32,000 nucleotides of DNA from Caldimicrobium thiodismutans (GCF_001548275.1 NZ_AP014945.1:1710001-1742000), one strand, 5' to 3'; shown: positions 1 to 9,047, counted from the stretch's first letter. Notes: generated by a model from the sequence alone, not told the origin. Translations and numbers: made by a program.

Positions 1-34
1 AAAATTTTAATAAAAATTTTAATAATGAATGATG

Positions 35-62
35 ATATTACATCTTTTTACAAAGTTGTCAA
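35..62 (-). promoter_or_regulatory. Candidate sigma70-type promoter firing leftwards out of the window
   Basis: On the minus strand: TTGACA (62..57), 16-nt spacer, TAATAT (40..35) directly preceded by TG. It lies just beyond the CCTAC end of repeat copy 1. The gene it would drive is outside the window. Confidence 0.35.
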
Positions 63-71
63 GGGATATCT

Positions 72-256
72 GTAGGAGGTGAAAATTTTAAACCCCCTGA
101 TTTTTGTGTCTGTTGTAGCACAGATATTCTTGTCTGTGTTTCTTTAATACCTTGGAATGTAATTTACCTTCACAGGCAAGATTGCCTGTGTTACTTTCAT
201 ACTTGATCCCCTCTTACCACCCTTTCTTTTTCTTGTAAGGATCTGAACTTGTGCAC
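72..256 (-). repeat. Copy 1 (reverse orientation, ~185 bp, internally shortened) of a dispersed intergenic repeat with two hairpins
   Basis: The reverse complement aligns by eye to 17941..18156 and 25777..25992, roughly 85% over the aligned part, with a ~30-bp internal gap. Hairpins: 119..138 (CACAGATA TTCT TGTCTGTG, one T.G pair) and 171..190 (CACAGGCA AGAT TGCCTGTG). Confidence 0.9.
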
Positions 257-260
257 TACC

Positions 261-290
261 TTGACCTTTTTTAATTTTAAGTTATAAAAT
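261..290 (+). promoter_or_regulatory. Candidate sigma70-type promoter of the pilin operon
   Basis: TTGACC (261..266), 16-nt spacer, TATAAA (283..288); alternatively TAAAAT at 285..290 with an 18-nt spacer. The -10 box ends only 7-9 nt before the ATG at 298, and no Shine-Dalgarno sequence lies between. Confidence 0.45.
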
Positions 291-297
291 AATTTTT

Positions 298-2073
298 ATG
301 AGGAAAAGGGTTTTTGGGTTTACCCTTGTAGAGATAGCTATCATTCTTGTTATTCTTGGTTTTCTCATAGGTCTTGGTGCAGCCCTAATCGGGCCTTTAA
401 CCAAGCGAATGAAAATCAATGAGACCCGTGAAACCCTCGATGCCATAACCGAGGCAATTATCAGTTATGCAGCGGGAAATAAATGTCTCAGTGGTAATCT
501 TACTACTATGGGAGTTAGGAAAACCATGGATGCCTGGAATAAGGATATACACTACATTCCAGCTAAAGAGGTTGTTAACGGAAATTATACGCTTAACAAT
601 AATATTTATCAAGGTAATTGCACATTTTATGAAAAAGATATTTGCGGAAGAAAGGGAACCTCTCTTAAACTTAGGATATGTAATGATGCGACTTGTACAG
701 CTCCCACGGTTTATGAAAATATTGCTTTTGTCATTGTAAGTGGAGGTCCGAATTATAATCTTCAGACTTTTTATAATGATACTGAAGTCATAATTTATGC
801 TCCGGGAACGCCCAATGTAGATGGTTATCCTTTTGATTTAAGTAGGCCTGAGGAATTTGATGATATTGTTAAGTGGGTGACCCTTGATGAATTGAGGGTC
901 AAAATGGGTTGCCCAGGTGCCCAGTTAAGAATCATTACCTCAGAGCTTCCTGTAGCCTATCAAAATAGAGATTATAATGCTACCGTTTACGCACAAGGTG
1001 GAGTTCCTTACGCAAGTGGTGGAAATTATAAATGGAATTACACTTTACCTTCCGGATTTAATGGCAGTCCGGCTTCTGGCAATCAAGGAGGCAACTTAAC
1101 TATATCAGCAAGTCCTGTTAATATATGTCCAGGAACCTATCAAGTTACTGTAACAGTAAGTGATAACGATACTAACCAAGACACAAGAGTATTTAATATA
1201 TCTATCCAACCTGACCCTGTAAGAGTAAGCCCCTATACAGCTGTTTACTACGCTACAAAAAATGTCAGTTATAACAACAGTATTCCATTAAGTATAAGTG
1301 GAGGAAAACCTTCTTATACTGTTAGTTGCCCTCCGACGAGTTGTAATGGTCTTAATGTATCATCTTGTGATACTTCTTCTGTAACCATAACCGGAACACC
1401 CACTGAAACTGGAACTTGTAATTTTTCTATCACAATTAGAGATTCTTGTGGACAATTTACCACAGCTACTTACTCTGTTGTAATTCAAGATGTTTCATCT
1501 GGCGGAGGTGGTGGAGGTGGTGGAGGAGGAGGTGGTGGAGCACCAAGTTGCACCTTAACAGCCTCTTCAAATCCTATAGATTATAATACAAGAGCAACAC
1601 TTAACTGGACCATAATCAATGGGCCTGCTACTTATAATTTTAATCCGACAAGTGGAAATTGCACCAGTGGCACAGGTTCAACTGGAGGAACCTGTCAAAC
1701 AAATCCTTTAACTCGCAATACTCTGTTTACTTTAGTAGTTTCCAATGCATTTGGAAGTAATACTTGTTACTATAAAGTTTGTGTGAGACCTACGAGCGGC
1801 TCAACTTACGAAGTATGGAATGAGAGTGGCAGAACCATTGAAGCAAGGCTTCCAGATGGCACATGTAGGGAAGTCGATAACAATCGAGAAATCACAACCC
1901 AAGCGCAGGAGCTTGGCCCTGGACAGGCTATTTTGATTTATCCTTCAGCTGGACCTGTAGATTGCACTGGAACTCTTCTCTATATTATAACATACGATGA
2001 AGCAGTTTGTGCAGATGGTGATGATAAAGATTTAAAGGTCAATTTTACAGGTTCTGGCTTAGCAGATAGGTAA
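298..2073 (+). CDS. Modular prepilin-type protein (591 aa): N-terminal type IV pilin domain, two He_PIG-like Ig domains, Gly13 linker, Cys-rich C-terminal domains
   Basis: Class III signal peptide MRKRVFG|FTLVEIAIILVILGFL, with Glu at +5 and a hydrophobic alpha1-N helix. Pilin-like FVIVSGGPN and FDDIVKW motifs. Two repeats match the 'putative Ig' pattern (LP..Y....GG.P.Y.W....LP.G....isG.P...GtY.vtvtvsD). 20 Cys and 19 N-x-S/T sequons by hand count. Confidence 0.85.
   Translation: MRKRVFGFTLVEIAIILVILGFLIGLGAALIGPLTKRMKINETRETLDAITEAIISYAAGNKCLSGNLTTMGVRKTMDAWNKDIHYIPAKEVVNGNYTLNNNIYQGNCTFYEKDICGRKGTSLKLRICNDATCTAPTVYENIAFVIVSGGPNYNLQTFYNDTEVIIYAPGTPNVDGYPFDLSRPEEFDDIVKWVTLDELRVKMGCPGAQLRIITSELPVAYQNRDYNATVYAQGGVPYASGGNYKWNYTLPSGFNGSPASGNQGGNLTISASPVNICPGTYQVTVTVSDNDTNQDTRVFNISIQPDPVRVSPYTAVYYATKNVSYNNSIPLSISGGKPSYTVSCPPTSCNGLNVSSCDTSSVTITGTPTETGTCNFSITIRDSCGQFTTATYSVVIQDVSSGGGGGGGGGGGGGAPSCTLTASSNPIDYNTRATLNWTIINGPATYNFNPTSGNCTSGTGSTGGTCQTNPLTRNTLFTLVVSNAFGSNTCYYKVCVRPTSGSTYEVWNESGRTIEARLPDGTCREVDNNREITTQAQELGPGQAILIYPSAGPVDCTGTLLYIITYDEAVCADGDDKDLKVNFTGSGLADR
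1501..1539 (+). repeat. In-frame run of 13 glycine codons (GGC GGA GGT GGT GGA GGT GGT GGA GGA GGA GGT GGT GGA) inside the pilin gene
   Basis: Read directly from the sequence. It corresponds to codons 402-414 of the 298..2073 ORF and separates the Ig-like domains from the C-terminal Cys-rich part. Confidence 0.95.
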
Positions 2074-2185
2074 GAGATAGCATCTTTTCCCTTAATCCGG
2101 ATAGGTCTTCTTATAAAATTTTCCCTTGACTTTTTTCTGATGGCACTAAAATTAAATATAAGAATATTCATAAAAAGGGTGGGTC

Positions 2186-5100
2186 ATGCCTGAAAAAGCC
2201 CCTCTCCTCTGGATAAAAAGAATTCTTTTTGTCATAAGTGTGATTTTTCTATCCTTTATTTTCAGGGATACAAAGCCTGTTACCGGAGGCATGAGTGATT
2301 ACTGCTACGCCCCCCCAATTATAAGCGAAACCGTTCCGCCCTTAGTTATGCTTGTTTCTGGAAAAGACCATAAATTATATTATGAAGCTTATAATGATGC
2401 CTCCGATTTGGATGAAGATGGAAAAATAGATGTAGGCTATAAGCACAGTATCGATTACTATGGATACTTTGATCCATATAAGTGTTATAAATATGAAGGG
2501 TCTTCTGCAAAGTTTGTTCCTGTAAGATACACAAGCAATAAATATTGTGGTGGGGCAGATGAATGGAGTGGCAACTTTCTTAACTGGCTAACCATGGCTC
2601 GTATTGATGTTTTAAGAAAGGTGCTTTATGGTGGATATAGGTCTACAGATTCAGCATCTGAAACAGTGCTTGAGGCAACCTTTATACCCCAAGATGCCCA
2701 CAGCTGGGGCAAAGAATACAGCGGAAGCGATACAAGACAATTAACTCCCTTCGATCCTCCAGGTAGCGGGCAAAGACACCTATTTTGTATTACCAGCCTT
2801 AGCAATGGAGAAACAAGGCGTATCAGAGTTTTACTGAATAAAACTAATAGAATCTGGGAGTGGGCATCAAAGGAAAGACCCGTATGTGATAATAGTTTGG
2901 GCACTCCTAATTATGAATATTATGTAAGAGTAAAAGTATGCGACCCAGCGGTAGGTCTTGAACCAAACTGTAAAAGATATCCAGCTGGAGCTGAAACATA
3001 TAAACCCATAGGTCTACTTCAAAAATATGGAGATGGTGATGGCACTAAATGGTGTTCCAAATCATTAAAACCCTGTAATACTGATAGTGATTGTAATCCT
3101 GCAGCCACACATGGGCTTTGTGTAGATAAAGCAAAGATGTATTTTGGTTTAATTACAGGCTCTTATGAGAAAAATTTTAGTGGTGGTGTATTAAGGAAAA
3201 ATATATGGTCTTTTTTAGATGAGATAAATTCTAATACAGGTATCTTTCAAACATCGGAGAATACACCAGGAAATATTGTGCTAACTTTTGATAGGTTAAG
3301 AATAATTGATTTTAGATATAGTGATTATTCATACGAACCTGGATGGCAGGGTGCCTGGGTGACCACGCGTCCTCCTAATGAAGGTGAATTTAAAAACTGG
3401 GGAAATCCCATCGCAGAAATGATGTATGAAGCCATTAGATATTTTGCAGGAAAAACAAGTCCAACAGGTGATTTTACATATTCGAAAAGTCAAGATGGTG
3501 GCTTAAATTTGCCCAAACCTGAATGGGGTAAATTTAAAAGTGGGAGATCTACTTATAGACTTTATGATGTATTTCCTATATGTGCTAAACCATTTATTGT
3601 AGTATTAAGCGATATTTACAATAGTTATGATTCCGATAAAGTTCCCGGGTCTTCATTTGGTAGTTTCTCAGGAGATATTTCTGGTTTGAATGTGTCTACA
3701 CTTGCGGATCTTATATCCTCAATTGAGTTTATTCCTGGAAGTTATTTTATAGGCCAATCTGGAACAAATTATGATTTTATATGTTCAGCTAAAGATATAT
3801 CTTCCTTTAGTAATATAAGGGGTCTTTGCCCAGAAGAGCCAACCAAACAGGGAAGTTATTATCCAGCTTCCATTGCTTATTATGGAAATAAGAAAAGTGG
3901 TGGCTGGAGAGACAATTTTTCAGATCAAAAACCTTACACAATTAAAACCCTTGCTGTAGCTCTTTCTTCACCTGTTCCAGATATAGTTTTTAAAGTAGGG
4001 GATAAAACTGTCCGGATCACACCCTTAGGAAAGAGTGTAAGTGGTGAACTTAATGTATATCAGTATTGTTACCAAAAATGCACTTTTCAAAGAGACGCAA
4101 ACGGTAATCTAAGGATATCAAATTGTCAAGATGGCTCATACTGTCCTACCAATCAAATAGTAGATTTTTATGTTGATACGATTAATTACGATGCAAGTGG
4201 TAATCTTGTCTATGCAAAGTTTAGAATTAACTTTGAGGATGTGGAACAGGGTGCAGACCACGATATGGACGCTATTGTAGAATATGAGATACAACCTATT
4301 AGTTCCAATCAAATAAGAGTGAAACTAACATCAAATTATGCTGCTGGAGGTATTGACCAGGTGCTTGGCTTTACCATTTCCGGAACAACAGAAGATGGCA
4401 CCTGGCTTGTGGTAAAAGATAAAGATGTGCCAGACACTGCTGACGGTGATACACCTTCCGTTGTAGCAGGCATGCCTCTTACCTGGCAAAAGGACTTTTC
4501 TGTTACTGGTTCAACTGCTGGGCAGTTAAAGCCACCTCTTTGGTATGCTGCAAAATGGGGTGGTTTTGATGATATGAATGGAAATGATTTGCCTGATTTG
4601 CCTTCTGAGTGGGACAAAGATGGAAATGGCATTCCTGATACCTATTTTTATGTAGTAAATCCTTTAAAGCTTGAGTCTCAGCTTAACAAAGCCTTTGCTG
4701 AAATCCTTCGCAGGGCTTCTTCTGGGGCAACGGTTGCAACTTTGACTTCAAGAAAGGGATTTTCCTCTCTTGTTCTCCAGCCCCTTTTTTATCCAAGCTA
4801 TCAATCTGGAGAAATAGAAGTTAACTGGATTGGAATGCTTAAAGCCTTCTGGACGGATTTTAAAGCAAATTTAAGGGAAGATACCAATTTAGATAAATGG
4901 CTTAATATAAAAAATATTGTTGATAAAATTTTTCAACTTGTGGTAAAAGAGGACGAGGAACCTCATGCCTGGTATATCTCAAATGAAAGCACCTGTTCTT
5001 ATGACCCTACCAAGATTGAAGCTCTTAACTTAAAGCCTGTTTTTGACGCAGGCTGTCAATTAGCCAATAGAGACCCCTTCAGTAGAAAAATCTTGGTTCA

Positions 5101-7036
5101 TATAGGTAACACCACTATCAAATCTATTGATGATACCGATGCAAAAACCTTCCTCAAAAACCTTTGGAATGGTGTTGCTGTAAGTGAAAGCCTTGGAATT
5201 TCTGTTGATGATACCTTTACTAATTGCCTTATTGAATACTTAAAAGGTAATCCTTCAGTTCCTTGTCTTTCAAATGCCACTATAAAGGACTATTTTTCCC
5301 GCAACCTAACCTTTGATGTAGGAAGCCTTTGTTCAGCCTCAGGTATAAGCGGAAATCACACCTGGAAGCTCGGAGATATTATTTTTTCTACACCAAGCAT
5401 TATATCTAATGAGCCTCTTAATATTTATCATGTGAGATATTTTGATTTTACATACAGAGCTTTCATTGCTAATGAAACTTATGCAAAAAGGACCACTTAT
5501 GCCTTTGTAGGGGCAAATGATGGTATGCTTCATGCTTTTAGGTTGGGTTATTTGAAATCAGCTGGAGATCAGGATAGACCTGTCAGATTAATTAATGCCT
5601 TTAACAGCGAAGCTATTGATTTAATAGGAAAGGAGGAATGGGCCTTCATTCCTCAGAATGCCCTTCCCTATCTTATCTGGTATGCCCATAAAGATTATTG
5701 TCATATTCCAACAGTTGATTACAGAACTTATGTCTTTGATGCCTCAATTGGTGGAGGTCCTGAAGAAACGAAAACTTCCGATTCCTGGAGAACCCTTTTA
5801 TTAGGGGTAATGGGGTTTGGAGGAAAGGAGATCTGTATCAAAAAACAGGGGAATAATTGTATAGAATCCTACAGTTCATCCATCTTTGTTTTAGATTTAA
5901 CAGATTGGTTAAAAGGAACCACCTCTGAGCCAAAGGTTTTATGGGAGAGGGCCCTGCCGGATAAAACTTTAACCCTATCTTTTCCTGCCATTGTCAGACT
6001 TGGAGAAAGGGATAAAAATGGAAAGTGGTATGTGGTGATCGGCTCGGGACCTAAGGATCCCCAAGGAACCAATTTTGTTAATCAAGCCAAAATATATTTC
6101 TTTGATCTAAGGACAGGAAGTTTAATAAAGGAACTCAATGTGGCTAATAATGTTTCTATAGGCGATATCTGGCCTGCAGATGTAGATAATGATTATCAAG
6201 ATGATGTTCTTTATTTCGGAACATATGATGCTAATTCCGGGAAGTTTTATAGGTTGAGCCTTAGAAATGATTCTATTACCCTTTCTTTTAATCCCAATGC
6301 ACCTGTTTTTTCAGCACCCACTTTTACCAAAGATAAATCAGGAAGGTTCTGGGTCTTTTTTGGGACAGGAAGATATTTAAGAAGCGAAGATAAAAATTTC
6401 AATTACTCCAATTATCTAATTGGTTTTATTGATGACTGTTGGTCAGGCAATTGCATGTCTACTTATAATTTTAACGACCTTTATAATGCAACAGGAGCAT
6501 TAGCTAATATTGTGGTTACAAGAACAACTCAAGTTTGCAAATGTGACTGGGATGGTTGTAACTCAACAGAAGTAGCTATAGATGGCTATTATAACGGAAC
6601 TGTCCCTCCTGCTATAATACGAGGTTGGTTTCATCAACTTGAAAAGGGAGAAACTTATAATGAACTAATTAATTCTCAACCTTTCGTATTTGGTGGTAAT
6701 TTGGATGCCCTTGTTTTTAGAACCTATAATGAAATCTGCAAAATCGGTGGAGAGACTTGGCTTATGGCTTTATGTTATGATACTGGAATTCCCTGTGGAA
6801 AGCCTTCTGCTCTTATTCATACTGCAGCAGTGGGTGAAACTATTACTATTAGATCAAAATATTTAGTTAGCCCTGGAGCCCCACCCCTTGGTCAGCCCTT
6901 TCAGGTAGCTACTTTTAAATCTCAAACAGGGCAATATGAAAAGATTGCTCAGGCCTCTTATGGAACAATTATAAGACTTACTCAGCAAGCGCAAGAGTCA
7001 GCAAGAGGAAGATTTATCCTGTGGTTAGAAAAATAA
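2186..7036 (+). CDS. pilY1: PilY1-like type IV pilus tip-associated adhesin / biogenesis factor (1616 aa)
   Basis: N-terminal signal-anchor. PilY1 hallmark motifs: AFVGANDGMLHAF (5501..5539) and LWYAAKWGGFDD...EWDKDGNGIPD. Three DxDxDG/DxDxNG-type Ca-binding loops (2405..2431, 4613..4639, 6179..6205). vWA-like FIVVLSD segment. Sits in an operon with minor pilins. Confidence 0.9.
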   Translation: MPEKAPLLWIKRILFVISVIFLSFIFRDTKPVTGGMSDYCYAPPIISETVPPLVMLVSGKDHKLYYEAYNDASDLDEDGKIDVGYKHSIDYYGYFDPYKCYKYEGSSAKFVPVRYTSNKYCGGADEWSGNFLNWLTMARIDVLRKVLYGGYRSTDSASETVLEATFIPQDAHSWGKEYSGSDTRQLTPFDPPGSGQRHLFCITSLSNGETRRIRVLLNKTNRIWEWASKERPVCDNSLGTPNYEYYVRVKVCDPAVGLEPNCKRYPAGAETYKPIGLLQKYGDGDGTKWCSKSLKPCNTDSDCNPAATHGLCVDKAKMYFGLITGSYEKNFSGGVLRKNIWSFLDEINSNTGIFQTSENTPGNIVLTFDRLRIIDFRYSDYSYEPGWQGAWVTTRPPNEGEFKNWGNPIAEMMYEAIRYFAGKTSPTGDFTYSKSQDGGLNLPKPEWGKFKSGRSTYRLYDVFPICAKPFIVVLSDIYNSYDSDKVPGSSFGSFSGDISGLNVSTLADLISSIEFIPGSYFIGQSGTNYDFICSAKDISSFSNIRGLCPEEPTKQGSYYPASIAYYGNKKSGGWRDNFSDQKPYTIKTLAVALSSPVPDIVFKVGDKTVRITPLGKSVSGELNVYQYCYQKCTFQRDANGNLRISNCQDGSYCPTNQIVDFYVDTINYDASGNLVYAKFRINFEDVEQGADHDMDAIVEYEIQPISSNQIRVKLTSNYAAGGIDQVLGFTISGTTEDGTWLVVKDKDVPDTADGDTPSVVAGMPLTWQKDFSVTGSTAGQLKPPLWYAAKWGGFDDMNGNDLPDLPSEWDKDGNGIPDTYFYVVNPLKLESQLNKAFAEILRRASSGATVATLTSRKGFSSLVLQPLFYPSYQSGEIEVNWIGMLKAFWTDFKANLREDTNLDKWLNIKNIVDKIFQLVVKEDEEPHAWYISNESTCSYDPTKIEALNLKPVFDAGCQLANRDPFSRKILVHIGNTTIKSIDDTDAKTFLKNLWNGVAVSESLGISVDDTFTNCLIEYLKGNPSVPCLSNATIKDYFSRNLTFDVGSLCSASGISGNHTWKLGDIIFSTPSIISNEPLNIYHVRYFDFTYRAFIANETYAKRTTYAFVGANDGMLHAFRLGYLKSAGDQDRPVRLINAFNSEAIDLIGKEEWAFIPQNALPYLIWYAHKDYCHIPTVDYRTYVFDASIGGGPEETKTSDSWRTLLLGVMGFGGKEICIKKQGNNCIESYSSSIFVLDLTDWLKGTTSEPKVLWERALPDKTLTLSFPAIVRLGERDKNGKWYVVIGSGPKDPQGTNFVNQAKIYFFDLRTGSLIKELNVANNVSIGDIWPADVDNDYQDDVLYFGTYDANSGKFYRLSLRNDSITLSFNPNAPVFSAPTFTKDKSGRFWVFFGTGRYLRSEDKNFNYSNYLIGFIDDCWSGNCMSTYNFNDLYNATGALANIVVTRTTQVCKCDWDGCNSTEVAIDGYYNGTVPPAIIRGWFHQLEKGETYNELINSQPFVFGGNLDALVFRTYNEICKIGGETWLMALCYDTGIPCGKPSALIHTAAVGETITIRSKYLVSPGAPPLGQPFQVATFKSQTGQYEKIAQASYGTIIRLTQQAQESARGRFILWLEK

Positions 7037-7521
7037 GGGGATATACTACTTTAGAATTGTTAATTTTAATTGCAATTCTTGCAATCTTATCAGCTATTTT
7101 TATCAGGGAATATTTAATCTATACAGCAAGAGAGCGTCTAAAAGGAGCAGCTAATGAAATTGCCTCTCAATTAAACTGGGTTAAAACGAAATCTATGATT
7201 TCCAAAAATCTTTATGGTATATGTTATGATAATAATACTCGCCAAATTTTAATTTTTGAGGAGAAAAATGGTGATGGAAATTATACTAATGGAATCGATT
7301 TGATTTATAAAATAATAAACATTTCAGAAAATTGGAGGGGAATAGAAGTAGTTGAAATAACAAGTAAACTATTATGTCCTCAAGCCTTTATTTTTGATAG
7401 AAGAGGTGAGTTGATAAGCGGAGGAGATAGTGGAAGTATAGTGCTTATAAATGCTTTTGGGGAGAAAATTAAAATTTCTATAAGTATTCTTGGAAGGATT
7501 AGCGTCCAATATGGCTCATAA
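7021..7521 (+). CDS. Minor pilin, FimT/GspH-like (prepilin-type N-terminal cleavage/methylation domain)
   Basis: GTG start overlaps the pilY1 stop by 16 nt. Leader MVRKIRG|YTTLELLILIAILAIL with Glu at +5. 166 aa. Positioned in the minor-pilin operon. Confidence 0.75.
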   Translation: MVRKIRGYTTLELLILIAILAILSAIFIREYLIYTARERLKGAANEIASQLNWVKTKSMISKNLYGICYDNNTRQILIFEEKNGDGNYTNGIDLIYKIINISENWRGIEVVEITSKLLCPQAFIFDRRGELISGGDSGSIVLINAFGEKIKISISILGRISVQYGS

Positions 7522-8092
7522 CAAACTTGCTCATAAGAAAAAACAGGGAATGACACTTCTTGAAATCCTTATTGCAATGTTAATTCTTGTATTCGTTATT
7601 GTAGGATTTATGAAAGCAACCACTGATTTTATGCTGTATTTAAAGGCTTCTAAAATTAATGCCAGAGCTAAAGAACTGGCTGAAAAATTGAGAAGTGGAA
7701 TCTTGAACTTGCCTCAGCTTTCTGCATGTTTCAATTCTTCTATCACTGGGGAGCTTAAATCTAATGCTACTGGAAATCAATCATTTATCACCTTTGATAG
7801 ACCTGATTTTTATGTAAAAGATTGTCCAAATGTAAATAACTGTATAAGTCAATTTGGATGTTTGTATTGTTATACTGGAGAAGAAATAATTTTAAGTAAT
7901 CAAATAAATTGCACAGTTGGATATCCTATAAGAGTTGGATATAATGCAGGAAAAGTTATATATAAAGATAATGAATCAGGACAAGAGATAGAAGTTGGTT
8001 CAGCTGTGGGGATTAAAGTATATTATATAGAACCTAAAACCAGAAGAGAAAAGGAAATTAATGTGCTTGTTTATAAAAAATATGAAGAATAA
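7511..8092 (+). CDS. Minor pilin, PilV-like
   Basis: The ORF is open from 7490. The ATG at 7511 gives MAHNKLAHKKKQG|MTLLEILIAMLILVF, a class III signal with Glu at +5. It overlaps the upstream gene by 11 nt. About 190 aa and Cys-rich. Confidence 0.7.
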   Translation: MAHNKLAHKKKQGMTLLEILIAMLILVFVIVGFMKATTDFMLYLKASKINARAKELAEKLRSGILNLPQLSACFNSSITGELKSNATGNQSFITFDRPDFYVKDCPNVNNCISQFGCLYCYTGEEIILSNQINCTVGYPIRVGYNAGKVIYKDNESGQEIEVGSAVGIKVYYIEPKTRREKEINVLVYKKYEE

Positions 8093-9047
8093 TGGATATA
8101 CTTTAATTGAAATACTTTTAGTTATGCTTCTTTTAGGAATACTAAGTGGGATTATATTTAGCACATATAGAAACTTTATTCAGGAATATAAATCTCAAAG
8201 TATAGGTGTGAGAAAGGAGATGGAACTTTTAAGTTTACAAATATATTTAAGAAAACTTATCCAGAGCATAGGTTTTGGAATACCAAGAGAAATCAGCAAT
8301 TATCAAATTTGGAGTTCTCCAAATTGCACAGATTCAAATTTATCTAAATTCAAAAATAGCAGAACTATTATAGGTTTAGCTAACGATTGTTCTATTTCTA
8401 ATGGGCCTAAACATGATAGGCTTTATTTTAGGAGCTTATTTGCAACTGGAGCAAAAGAGGCGGGATGTTGGTGGGTTATTTTACCGGATGGAGAAAAAAA
8501 GTCTATGGCTGTAAATAAATATGGATTTACATGCAATGCCATTTATGAAAATGATACATTATGTTATTATTTAGATGAAAATAGAAATTATCACAAAGAT
8601 TATCTTGATCAACCACTTAATTGCACCTCAAATTTAAAGGGTCCTGGTTTTTTATTTTTTTACACCAAAGGCAATGAAACACCTCCTGAAGTTTTTCGGC
8701 TGCACCTATCCGCCTTCGATGATAATGAGATAGCCCAAAAGCAGGCTTGTGCCCCAAAAAGTGGTAAATTAATGTTACAAAGGGAATGGAATATTCAAGC
8801 TCAACCCATTTTTGATTGTGTTGGAGGATTAAAATTTGATTTTATAGGTAATACTACTAATAACTTGCCATCTGCTATACAAGTATGCCTTCTTGTGCAA
8901 GTAAGTGGTAGAATGAGCACTAAAAGAGAGGTTCCTTTAAATTCTCAGTGTGGCCCTTTCCAGGAGGAGGATCCTGAATGGAAATATTATCGCTGGAGAG
9001 TTATAGAAGAGAGAATATCCTTAGAAAATTTAAGAGGTATCAAATGA
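8082..9047 (+). CDS. Minor pilin, PilW-like
   Basis: The ORF is open from 8061. The ATG at 8082 gives MKNNG|YTLIEILLVMLLLGIL with Glu at +5. It overlaps the upstream stop (8090..8092). About 320 aa, a size typical of PilW. Confidence 0.7.
   Translation: MKNNGYTLIEILLVMLLLGILSGIIFSTYRNFIQEYKSQSIGVRKEMELLSLQIYLRKLIQSIGFGIPREISNYQIWSSPNCTDSNLSKFKNSRTIIGLANDCSISNGPKHDRLYFRSLFATGAKEAGCWWVILPDGEKKSMAVNKYGFTCNAIYENDTLCYYLDENRNYHKDYLDQPLNCTSNLKGPGFLFFYTKGNETPPEVFRLHLSAFDDNEIAQKQACAPKSGKLMLQREWNIQAQPIFDCVGGLKFDFIGNTTNNLPSAIQVCLLVQVSGRMSTKREVPLNSQCGPFQEEDPEWKYYRWRVIEERISLENLRGIK

Noticed and set aside
2127-2153. Internal promoter between the pilin gene and pilY1 (TTGACT-15-TAAAAT), and the nearby TGGCAC as a sigma54 -24 box.
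   Set aside because: The 15-nt spacer is suboptimal. The TGGCAC lacks a GC at the -12 position (it reads TTAAA). Both may be chance matches.
2346-6072. Several 60-98-aa minus-strand ORFs inside pilY1 (for example 2626..2904 and 4336..4632), and 397..612 / 467..739 inside the pilin gene.
   Set aside because: They are short, lie within well-supported long genes and show no motifs. This is expected noise in AT-rich sequence.
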